A DNA stretch of 64,000 nucleotides from an uncultured virus (IMG/VR IMGVR_UViG_3300031963_000091) (IMGVR_UViG_3300031963_000091); one strand, 5' to 3'. Shown: positions 52,558 through 59,478, numbered from the stretch's first letter. Notes: a model not told the origin generated them from the letters alone. Numbers and translations are program-made.

Positions 52558-52740
52558 TCACCAGGTAGGCAGTGCCTCCTGTGCCTCATCACGCCAGACA
52601 TCAGCGAACTGACCAGCGATGGCATAGGCAGAGATGCCCAACTGGGGCTGAAGGCGCGACCCCATGGCGGAGTCATCATTGCCACGGGCAGTCCAAACGA
52701 TCTGACGGGTACGGAGGTCGGAAGACTGGGAGAGGATCAT
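52558..52740 (-). CDS. Early-type hypothetical protein (60 aa)
   Basis: MILSQSSDLRTRQIVW...; own TGC-TACAAT -10 box at 52764-52769. Confidence 0.6.
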   Translation of the reverse strand: MILSQSSDLRTRQIVWTARGNDDSAMGSRLQPQLGISAYAIAGQFADVWRDEAQEALPTW

Positions 52741-52774
52741 GGGGGTCCGTTGCGGATGAGAGTATTGTAGCAGA

Positions 52775-52996
52775 TCAGGACGCTTTGGCGGCGAGCATGG
52801 CGGCATGAAATTTTAGAAATTCATGGGACATGCCAGGGGAGAGAGTGGGTCGTCCTTTGCTGCCATGGGTGGGAAGGTGGAAGGTCTGGGGTAGGTTCGG
52901 GTGGGTCACTTTGTCGTGACTGCCACCCGACCGAATGACGCCGCCTGCCTTTTGAATCAAGCGGCGGGCGTCACGAACTTTGATCGGGGATGCCAT
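52775..52996 (-). CDS. hicA: HicA-family mRNA interferase-like protein (no HicB nearby)
   Basis: KVRDARRLIQKAGGVIRSGGSHDKVTHP...LPTHG...LSPG: the helix-GSH-PxH-L.PG pattern of HicA. Confidence 0.8.
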   Translation of the reverse strand: MASPIKVRDARRLIQKAGGVIRSGGSHDKVTHPNLPQTFHLPTHGSKGRPTLSPGMSHEFLKFHAAMLAAKAS

Positions 52997-53005
52997 GGCG
53001 GTATC

Positions 53006-53143
53006 CTACCAGATGATGGGGGTTCCGTCAAAGTCGGTGGCGGTGCCTTCCTGTTCATCGGTGGCGATGCTCTCCAGGATCTCCAGGAGTTGAGCACCGG
53101 TGTCGGCACGATTCAGGAGGGCGGTAGCGAGGTCGTGGGTCAT
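53006..53143 (-). CDS. Small acidic protein, 45 aa; not in ORF track
   Basis: MTHDLATALLNRADTGAQLLEILESIATDEQEGTATDFDGTPIIW*; own TATACT -10 at 53166-53171. Confidence 0.65.
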   Translation of the reverse strand: MTHDLATALLNRADTGAQLLEILESIATDEQEGTATDFDGTPIIW

Positions 53144-53209
53144 GGTGTTGTGTGTTGACTGAATCAGTATAAGGGGTCAGGTGGGGGGTTCTGTCCCCCC
53201 TGTGCCAGT

Positions 53210-53461
53210 TCAGAAATCGGCCAGCATTTCATCCAGGGCGTCGGTGTCAATGGTAGGGTCCATCCAGCGAGCGCCGTCAGGGGTCATCTGCCCGAACTGA
53301 GATTCCAGGCGGGGGATCAGGCGATCGTAGGAGTCATACTGACGGGCGACCTTGTAAAGGGTCTCATCGTTGCCCAACCACAGGGCGACATTCCAGGTTG
53401 CCCAGTTTGCCCATCCGTTGTAGGTTTCGGTTTCGGGGATCATGGAGGTGAGAGCGTTCAT
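53210..53461 (-). CDS. Conserved phage hypothetical protein (YNGWxNxxTWNVxLW family)
   Basis: ETYNGWANWATWNVALWLGND; own TACAAT -10 at 53482-53487. Confidence 0.75.
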   Translation of the reverse strand: MNALTSMIPETETYNGWANWATWNVALWLGNDETLYKVARQYDSYDRLIPRLESQFGQMTPDGARWMDPTIDTDALDEMLADF

Positions 53462-53500
53462 GGGTGGTTGCGTGTGAGTGTATTGTAGCAGGTCAGGGGG

Positions 53501-53611
53501 TCAGTCCCACCATCCGTTGCGGGTGTTGACCTTCATGCCCAAGGCGGCACACATCATGGGGAAACCGATGGCGACGATCATCAGGAGAGCGGCAGCAAGG
53601 TAGTGATTCAT
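53501..53611 (-). CDS. Small membrane peptide, 36 aa; not in ORF track
   Basis: MNHYLAAALLMIVAIGFPMMCAALGMKVNTRNGWWD*; own TATACT -10 at 53635-53640. Confidence 0.55.
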   Translation of the reverse strand: MNHYLAAALLMIVAIGFPMMCAALGMKVNTRNGWWD

Positions 53612-53656
53612 CGGTGGTTGTCTGAACTGAAATCAGTATAAGGGGTCAGGAGGGGA

Positions 53657-53818
53657 TCAGCGTTCGAACTGTGCCAGACTGCTAGGTGCCACATGGGCGG
53701 GGGATCCACAGGAGCGGTAGAAGTCCACCATACGCTCTGCCTCTGCCAGGGTGGGGAACCACTGGGAGCGCCACTCGCAAGCGTTGTAGGGGGTCTGGTA
53801 ACGGACTTCGATTCGCAT
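53657..53818 (-). CDS. Early-type hypothetical protein (53 aa)
   Basis: MRIEVRYQTPYNACEWRSQWF...AERMVDFYRSCGSPA; own TAGAAT -10 at 53842-53847. Confidence 0.7.
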   Translation of the reverse strand: MRIEVRYQTPYNACEWRSQWFPTLAEAERMVDFYRSCGSPAHVAPSSLAQFER

Positions 53819-53852
53819 GGGGTGGGTTGCGTTGTGAGTGTATTCTACAGGG

Positions 53853-53972
53853 TCAGTCGCGGATCCATGTGGCGGCAAGGGACAGTGCGTCAGCTGTCAT
53901 ATGGCGGATCGGTTGGAGGGGTTGCCAGAGGATCATCAAAGCAACCACAATCAGAACCCAGTTCTTTGTCAT
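53853..53972 (-). CDS. Small membrane peptide, 39 aa; not in ORF track
   Basis: MTKNWVLIVVALMILWQPLQPIRHMTADALSLAATWIRD*; TGATG-coupled to the nuclease gene. Confidence 0.55.
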   Translation of the reverse strand: MTKNWVLIVVALMILWQPLQPIRHMTADALSLAATWIRD

Positions 53973-54511
53973 CAGAAATTGAAGTTCACCACACGATCTT
54001 CACAGAATCCGCGATCTTTGTGCTTGAAGTAATTAGTCCGAGTCCATCCTCCGCTCTGAGTAAACATGTTGCGAATGTAAAAGTTAAACCCCCGCTCATC
54101 ATCATTCCATTCGGGCATTGCCTGATACTTTTTCAGAACTTCATTCAGTTCCTCAATCAGGCAGGCAAACAATTCACGCTTGCTTTTTTTGACTACATCA
54201 TCAGCGAAGAAAACTGTCGTCTCATTGTACTTCTTACTGCTGAACACATAAACTACACCTTCCTTCGGCAATCCGCCATTGTAGGTAGGATATGCCTGTT
54301 TAGAAGACTTACACTCAATGTCGTAAGTTTTGCCGTTGTAGTGTACCCGAAAGTCAGGAGAGTTCTGAATTCCGTTAGGTTGTGCTTCATACTCCAGGTT
54401 ATACTTTTTCAGAAGTTCTTCAACCTGGTTCTCATGATGCGAATTGTCTTGAGAATTGCTGGCATACTTGAGATCCAGGCACTCAATGAAGAATTGATTC
54501 AGTGTAGACAT
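53972..54511 (-). CDS. PD-(D/E)xK restriction-endonuclease-like nuclease
   Basis: HENQV...QPNGIQNSPDFRV...DIECKS catalytic pattern; GAGGAG Shine-Dalgarno; no methyltransferase in the window. Confidence 0.75.
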   Translation of the reverse strand: MSTLNQFFIECLDLKYASNSQDNSHHENQVEELLKKYNLEYEAQPNGIQNSPDFRVHYNGKTYDIECKSSKQAYPTYNGGLPKEGVVYVFSSKKYNETTVFFADDVVKKSKRELFACLIEELNEVLKKYQAMPEWNDDERGFNFYIRNMFTQSGGWTRTNYFKHKDRGFCEDRVVNFNF

Positions 54512-54626
54512 TTGTACTCCTCGGACTTGATTGCCCGTTGTAAGTGTGTGGGGTTCGTTTCCTCCCCCCGATGAACATAGTATGGCACCCCCTGCGGGTC
54601 AAATCAACAGGGTGTGTGCCACCTTC

Positions 54627-55523
54627 TCAACTGGCACACTGAAAGCGTCCGTGGTTGAAGTTAGCGTTAGAAAAGACCTCACGATTGACCAGTTTGAACA
54701 TACCAAACTCATTGGTCAACACATAACCTTCGGCATCGATTCTGTTGCCGTAGAGGTATGCTGCGGGACCATCATTGCGGCACAGGTAGAGGCAGTCGTC
54801 TTTGATAGACTTCACCAGTGCCCACAAACGCAGCAGGTTAGCATCACAATCAAAGTCGTCGGGGTTGACTTCTTCACCAGCACGAATGCAGGCATTGATC
54901 TGTTGCTTAATCTTCTCTGCTTCCTTAACAGTTACAAAGGTGGCAGTGGTTGCCATCTGACGGGCAAACTGACAGACTTCCTCTACATCGGCAAAAGACG
55001 ATTGACCATGAGCAATGTATGCATCAGGTTTCACAAACTTGATGTGATCCGTATCATCCCAGGTTGCACGGTCAGGATACGCTACGGCATCACGAAGATC
55101 GCTCTCAGCGTAATAGCAAGTGTGAGGGGCGATGATGATACTTTGCGTGACAATCTCAGGGAACTGATAAGTCAGCAGGTTGGATTTGTACTCAGAAAGT
55201 CCACCGAAACCGATGAAGTCTGCCTGATAGATGGTGCTCAAGCGAGGCAGATAATCAAAGCAAGCATGAAGGATCTCTGCAACATTGCCATCATAGAATT
55301 GATCAATCTCCTCATGACTGTGGGCAATACGAATCTTCTTTTTGTTGAATACTGCTTTAGTGCCAACGAAGAATGTATCAGTGGCAGGATCAGTTCCCCA
55401 TACAATTGCGGGGGCACCGTCCATCTTCACCGACAGGGTGCCAGGGGTCACGAACCAATCCAGCACGGAGAGGTCCCCCGTCAGGATGGTATCTTCGGCG
55501 TGTTCGAGGTGGGTGTTCTTCAT
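54627..55523 (-). CDS. Ligase-like covalent nucleotidyltransferase-fold protein (DUF6267-like)
   Basis: MKNTHLEH...SVKMDGAPAIVWG (KxDG)...EGYV...FKLV motifs. Real start is ATG 55523, 6 nt after TATACT. Confidence 0.7.
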   Translation of the reverse strand: MKNTHLEHAEDTILTGDLSVLDWFVTPGTLSVKMDGAPAIVWGTDPATDTFFVGTKAVFNKKKIRIAHSHEEIDQFYDGNVAEILHACFDYLPRLSTIYQADFIGFGGLSEYKSNLLTYQFPEIVTQSIIIAPHTCYYAESDLRDAVAYPDRATWDDTDHIKFVKPDAYIAHGQSSFADVEEVCQFARQMATTATFVTVKEAEKIKQQINACIRAGEEVNPDDFDCDANLLRLWALVKSIKDDCLYLCRNDGPAAYLYGNRIDAEGYVLTNEFGMFKLVNREVFSNANFNHGRFQCAS

Positions 55524-55617
55524 GTAGGTAGTATAGGGTGCCTGGGGGTCCTGTGGCGGTTTGGTGGACACCTCACGAAGTGGCACACAGGCAGCCGCTT
55601 CGCTCCCCATGTGGTCT

Positions 55618-55740
55618 TATAATAAGGGCACAAGCGAAGGAGGTGCGGGGTAGCACTGATGACGAAAACCATCGCCACCGAACCTGCCAAAAAATAATAA
55701 TAAAAAAGTATAAAAAAAGGGAGGCAATCGCCCCCCGATT
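55618..55740 (+). ncRNA. Candidate plus-strand small RNA
   Basis: TATAAT at 55618-55623, 31 bp from the palindrome at 55565-55586. Followed by a non-coding stem-forming GC segment, an A-tract and a terminal hairpin. Confidence 0.45.
55712..55736 (-). terminator. Rho-independent terminator (possibly bidirectional)
   Basis: Minus strand GGGGGGC-GATT-GCCTCCC followed by T7, just after the stop at 55743. Confidence 0.8.
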
Positions 55741-55742
55741 CT

Positions 55743-56090
55743 TTATGCGAACATGAAACCATCTTGGAAATCGTAGCAGTTAAACACAGGAGAAGATCCT
55801 GCCTGCCCGATGAACTTGTGAACGAACCAATTGAAGTTCTTTTGGAATACACATTCGCCTGCAATTCCGTGCTCACGAAGAATAGCATTCAGACGGGACT
55901 TGGTGGTGTTAGACTGATACCCACCGTCGAAGATCTGAACGAAGTCATCACCAATGGTAGCGATGTGGTTGCCGTACAGATACACTTTAGACTCGTTAGT
56001 TTCAGGGTCAAAGGTAACTTTGGTGTTGTCTTTCTGCCAGTCCTGGTTGTTAAGAATGGCAACGTTCATTTCGCGTTCGATCTTACGCAT
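55743..56090 (-). CDS. Conserved phage early hypothetical protein
   Basis: MRKIEREM...VYLYGNHIA...DGGYQSNTTKSRLNA...VFQKNFNWF; promoter TTGACT-N17-CATACT at 56116-56144. Confidence 0.8.
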   Translation of the reverse strand: MRKIEREMNVAILNNQDWQKDNTKVTFDPETNESKVYLYGNHIATIGDDFVQIFDGGYQSNTTKSRLNAILREHGIAGECVFQKNFNWFVHKFIGQAGSSPVFNCYDFQDGFMFA

Positions 56091-56169
56091 GAGTCTGTGA
56101 GGTGCGAACAAAGGTAGTATGGGACGGATCGGGGGGAAAGTCAAGAGGGAGTGGACACCCTCTCAACTG

Positions 56170-56343
56170 TCACAGGAAGGTGGAAGGATCCCCGTAGTCT
56201 CCGACGATGTTGCCGAAGCAGTCACGGATCTCAGCGTACCCGAACTCTTCAGAGAGGTCCAGGCAGATCAGCATGGCACGATCCAGGTCGGTCGTGGTCT
56301 CATTCTGCTCAGGGGCAGAGGGGCAGAGGATTTCGTAAGTCAT
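56170..56343 (-). CDS. Small acidic protein, 57 aa; not in ORF track
   Basis: MTYEILCPSAPEQNETTTDLDRAMLICLDLSEEFGYAEIRDCFGNIVGDYGDPSTFL*; TATAAT 6 nt before the ATG. Confidence 0.7.
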   Translation of the reverse strand: MTYEILCPSAPEQNETTTDLDRAMLICLDLSEEFGYAEIRDCFGNIVGDYGDPSTFL

Positions 56344-56404
56344 GCAGTCATTATAGGCACAGGGTCGGACGGTTTGGGGGTCCTGGTGGACACTCTGCCA
56401 AGTG

Positions 56405-56578
56405 TCACATATTAAAAAGTGCGGTGATCTTGTCTGCGATAGAGTAGTAATCCTCTACAGGATCCTGTTCTTCATCTTCACAGAATTGAACATTGTTAGA
56501 AACAAGATTGAAGATCAAATCCCATTCAGATGCAGTAAAGAACTCTTTGACTGCGTGCTTACCAACAGCGTCATTCAT
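56405..56578 (-). CDS. Small acidic protein
   Basis: MNDAVGKHAVKEFFTASEWDLIF...; stop codon lies inside a palindrome copy. Confidence 0.65.
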   Translation of the reverse strand: MNDAVGKHAVKEFFTASEWDLIFNLVSNNVQFCEDEEQDPVEDYYSIADKITALFNM

Positions 56579-56585
56579 GATAGAT

Positions 56586-56711
56586 TCAGTAATCAATGTT
56601 TCCGTTCAGATACTCATTCACATCGAACTTTTCATCTTTGAGTTCAGGAATGTCCATGTCAAAGATCTCTCCAGGCATGTCCTGAATCTCACTCCAAAGT
56701 TCATCAAACAT
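56586..56711 (-). CDS. Small very acidic protein, 41 aa; not in ORF track
   Basis: MFDELWSEIQDMPGEIFDMDIPELKDEKFDVNEYLNGNIDY*. Confidence 0.65.
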   Translation of the reverse strand: MFDELWSEIQDMPGEIFDMDIPELKDEKFDVNEYLNGNIDY

Positions 56712-56803
56712 GGTTCAGTTCCGAACGACAGAAGTACAATACACGGGATGGGGGGTCAACACAAGGGGGTGTGTGCCACTTTCCCAACTGGCACAAGAGT
56801 TTC

Positions 56804-56938
56804 TTATACAAACTCTTCGATGTAGTAATCCAGAGGCACTTCAAGTTCGGCAGCATTCTTCTCCCATGCTGCCCATTCTTCGGGGGAAGCATCATTCAGG
56901 AAATCTTCTCTGGTATACTCAAAAGCAGGACCACACAT
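56804..56938 (-). CDS. Small acidic protein with C-terminal EKxAAxLxVxxDYYxEEFV motif
   Basis: MCGPAFEYTREDFLNDASPEEWAAWEKNAAELEVPLDYYIEEFV*. Confidence 0.7.
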   Translation of the reverse strand: MCGPAFEYTREDFLNDASPEEWAAWEKNAAELEVPLDYYIEEFV

Positions 56939-57114
56939 GAACAAGAATTCCGATCGACAAGGTAAACATAACCCACCTGGTGGCATTAATCAAGGGGTCT
57001 TGTGACACTTCCGCAATTGGCACAGTAATATTGCCATTCTCAATAAGAGTACTACTATTGAGAATCAATAAGATCTTCTAATTGAGAATAAGATCCAATC
57101 TCCAAACTGGCACA

Positions 57115-57273
57115 CTAGAAGAGATCAGTGTAGTCTTTGATGCTAACATGTACATCTTCATCACATTCTAGATCCAAAAGATCTCTCCAATTGAGATCTT
57201 CTAGGTCTAGATCATCATAACACATGAGATCTAGTGTAATGCGTACCATACGCTTCGTATGTGCGGCAGGCAT
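57115..57273 (-). CDS. Small acidic protein, 52 aa; not in ORF track
   Basis: MPAAHTKRMVRITLDLMCYDDLDLEDLNWRDLLDLECDEDVHVSIKDYTDLF*. Confidence 0.65.
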   Translation of the reverse strand: MPAAHTKRMVRITLDLMCYDDLDLEDLNWRDLLDLECDEDVHVSIKDYTDLF

Positions 57274-57304
57274 GTGATTCTCGTGCGATGTTTACTAGAT
57301 TGTA

Positions 57305-57454
57305 TTATGCATAGTGACGATACGCAAGCGATTCATAATCTTGCCCATCTCGTGCGTAATCTTCATCTAGATCTAGATCTTGTGCATAATACTCGTCTAG
57401 ATCGTATGTGTAATCTGTTGCATATGTGTAGTCGAGATCGTAGTCGTCGTACAT
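57305..57454 (-). CDS. Asp/Tyr-rich peptide, 49 aa; not in ORF track
   Basis: MYDDYDLDYTYATDYTYDLDEYYAQDLDLDEDYARDGQDYESLAYRHYA*; consensus promoter directly upstream. Confidence 0.6.
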   Translation of the reverse strand: MYDDYDLDYTYATDYTYDLDEYYAQDLDLDEDYARDGQDYESLAYRHYA

Positions 57455-57485
57455 AAGCTCGTCGAGATTTGTATGATGCTTTGTT

Positions 57486-57515
57486 ATTATAGCAGATATC
57501 TCGTCTAAATGTCAA
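57486..57515 (-). promoter_or_regulatory. Consensus sigma70 early promoter
   Basis: TTGACA-N18-TATAAT with a TG extension. Confidence 0.8.
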
Positions 57516-57631
57516 GTAGACTATAAGATCTAGACGAGATTCTCATAAGATTATATATGAGATCTCGTCGAGTTTTGTGTGGTTCTCGTAATATTTTATG
57601 GGTCTCGTCTAGATTTTTGCGGGCGGCGGAC

Positions 57632-57660
57632 TTGACAAACTGCGCGTCTTATGATACGCT
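57632..57660 (+). promoter_or_regulatory. Plus-strand sigma70-like promoter facing the tandem repeats
   Basis: TTGACA-N17-TACGCT; no ORF downstream. Confidence 0.5.
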
Positions 57661-57697
57661 GGCAAAGGTTGCATCAGACACGGTGGTTTCTATAAGG

Positions 57698-57773
57698 ATT
57701 ATAAGAGGATTATAAGAGAATTATAAGAGAATTATAAGAGAATTAGAAGAGGATTATAAGAGAATTAGAAGAC
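57698..57773 (+). repeat. Tandem 11-bp repeat ATTA(T/G)AAGAG(A/G), about 7 copies
   Basis: attataagagg attataagaga attataagaga attataagaga attagaagagg attataagaga attagaagac. Confidence 0.9.
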
Positions 57774-57891
57774 TTATTCTCAATTATATTCTCAATTGAT
57801 TCTCAATAATTATCATCTTATTGAGAATCATATAATTCACAATAATATATTTAAAATACCTTTTTTTAATTAAATTTAACCTATTTTTACT

Positions 57892-58317
57892 CTATTCGGC
57901 AATAAAATCCCACATTTCACCATTCCAACTCCATCTACTATCCCTCCATCCATATACCTGTCCTACCTCTGGATTGATAGGAAACTTTGGTCCATCATTC
58001 TCCGTTGTTTTACCTTCTACTCTATCCATTACCTTCTCAAACTCACCATTGATCCAATCACTATCAGACACTTTCCACTTATCAATCGGACATGAATCTA
58101 ATGCGAAACTTGCCTTTTGATCCAGGAAGCAACCACAGTGTGTACATCTAATCTGTTCTGGATCATAATACTCACAGGTAGAACAAATGTCTAATCGTTG
58201 TTGCTTAACCTCTGGTGATACAAACAAAGCATTAGATGAGAATGCCTGCTTGACAACTTCAAATGTGAACTTGGCAAGATTCTTACCTTGTTCTGGTAAT
58301 GATGGATATTCATTCAT
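57892..58317 (-). CDS. Cys-rich (zinc-binding) hypothetical protein
   Basis: RLDICSTCEYY...RCTHCGCFL..KA.....SCP..KW; C-terminal FP.NPEVGQ.Y...W.WNG..W module. Confidence 0.75.
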   Translation of the reverse strand: MNEYPSLPEQGKNLAKFTFEVVKQAFSSNALFVSPEVKQQRLDICSTCEYYDPEQIRCTHCGCFLDQKASFALDSCPIDKWKVSDSDWINGEFEKVMDRVEGKTTENDGPKFPINPEVGQVYGWRDSRWSWNGEMWDFIAE

Positions 58318-58325
58318 TGGTTACT

Positions 58326-59453
58326 TTATGGTTGATATAATCCCTTAATTGTAGCAGAGTTTATCGTTCCTGTCACGCTATAATTGCTTCCTGTAATTGC
58401 TCTTCCTGATGATCCACCTGCTCCTGTATTATTTGTATTTCCACCAGATGCTCCCCAGTTTCCTCCATTACCACCAGTCTCTCCTGTCTGTCCAGTACCA
58501 CCATAACTTGGGCATCCACCAGTGGTTCCTACTGTTCCTGTTGCTCCATCAGTTCTGGTTTGATTGTATCCCTGTCCTAATCCACCATTACCACCAACAC
58601 CACCAGGAGCTCCAGGTACACCATAGTTTGTATCTACTCTACAATTGGTTGAACACGTCTTATTTCTACATCCACCCTTTCCACCACAGTTACAATTATT
58701 ACCACCTGCCTGATTATAACCTACGGCATAACCAGGACTACATCCAGGGCAACCTCCACAGTTTGTACCAGTCGTATAAAAACTGGTGCTAGTACATGTA
58801 CCAGAAGATCCAGTATCACCAGTCTTTCCTTTCTCTCCACCTCCACCGCCACCATAGATGTTTGCTGGGGACTGAACATTAACAGTCACTTCAGAACCAG
58901 TGGACTGAACATAAAGAGCAGGTCCACCATTTCCTCCACTGATAGAATCTGATGTGCCGTTTGCTCCACCAGCACCATAGATTCCACCAGAGACATTCAC
59001 TTCTAAATTATAAACCTCGGCAAGAAGATAGGCAGCATATTGGGATACATTAGAAGATCCAATCGTACCGTTCAGATACATGTACTTGCGTACATTCTTG
59101 TTAAGATTAGAGTTCCAGGACTGTGATCCAATATTGAATCCAGGAGATGATAATGAGGAACTATTATCATCGGTTCCTGTCTGGGTAATAAAATAATACT
59201 TGATTGAATTACGGAACTGTGATAACTTTAAATTTGATGATGATGAAATACTTGCATTTTCGGTCGCATCAGGTACAGTCGGATTCGTATTTGATGAACT
59301 CGTATTTCTTCTTAATTCAGATGCCTTAATTGGTAATGTATCAGATGAGAAACTACCATCGGATTGTTGGGCACGGAAGTTAGATCTTAATGATGAGAAA
59401 GAAATACTTCCAGAACTATAATATGGTCCTGCTTTGGTGACTGTTGCCGACAT
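58326..59453 (-). CDS. Glycine-rich putative fibre/adhesin-like protein with a Cys-rich insert
   Basis: GGIYGAGG, GGNGGPAL and IYGGGGGG loops like T-even gp38-type adhesins; CTAAATA late-promoter variant at about 59480. Confidence 0.65.
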   Translation of the reverse strand: MSATVTKAGPYYSSGSISFSSLRSNFRAQQSDGSFSSDTLPIKASELRRNTSSSNTNPTVPDATENASISSSSNLKLSQFRNSIKYYFITQTGTDDNSSSLSSPGFNIGSQSWNSNLNKNVRKYMYLNGTIGSSNVSQYAAYLLAEVYNLEVNVSGGIYGAGGANGTSDSISGGNGGPALYVQSTGSEVTVNVQSPANIYGGGGGGEKGKTGDTGSSGTCTSTSFYTTGTNCGGCPGCSPGYAVGYNQAGGNNCNCGGKGGCRNKTCSTNCRVDTNYGVPGAPGGVGGNGGLGQGYNQTRTDGATGTVGTTGGCPSYGGTGQTGETGGNGGNWGASGGNTNNTGAGGSSGRAITGSNYSVTGTINSATIKGLYQP

Positions 59454-59478
59454 TCTTGTGTCTTATGTCATTATGAAC

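Larger units (their letters stand above)
57036..57890. other. Repeat-rich, origin-like intergenic locus
   Basis: Seven ATTCTCAAT copies, six (T)CTCGTC(T/G)AGA-like copies, an 11-bp tandem array, divergent sigma70 promoters and an AT-rich tract at 57830-57890. Confidence 0.55.

Noticed and set aside
52217..52996. AbrB-like gene as antitoxin of the HicA-like gene
   Set aside because: They are separated by another gene with its own promoter and by a structured element, and they differ in base composition; not an operon pair.
53693..54574. 293-aa plus-strand ORF
   Set aside because: Antisense to three minus-strand genes that have their own promoters or coupling; the translation is not protein-like.
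54531..55622. 363-aa plus-strand ORF
   Set aside because: Antisense shadow of the ligase-like gene; no recognisable motifs or ribosome-binding site.
55655..55667. CTGATGA-C-GAAA hammerhead-like core
   Set aside because: No stem II, and no correctly placed NUH cleavage triplet or stem III. Kept only as part of a generic sRNA candidate.
57698..57773. Possible CRISPR array
   Set aside because: 11-bp head-to-tail repeats with no spacers and no cas genes. The dispersed palindromes are irregularly spaced and separated by whole genes.
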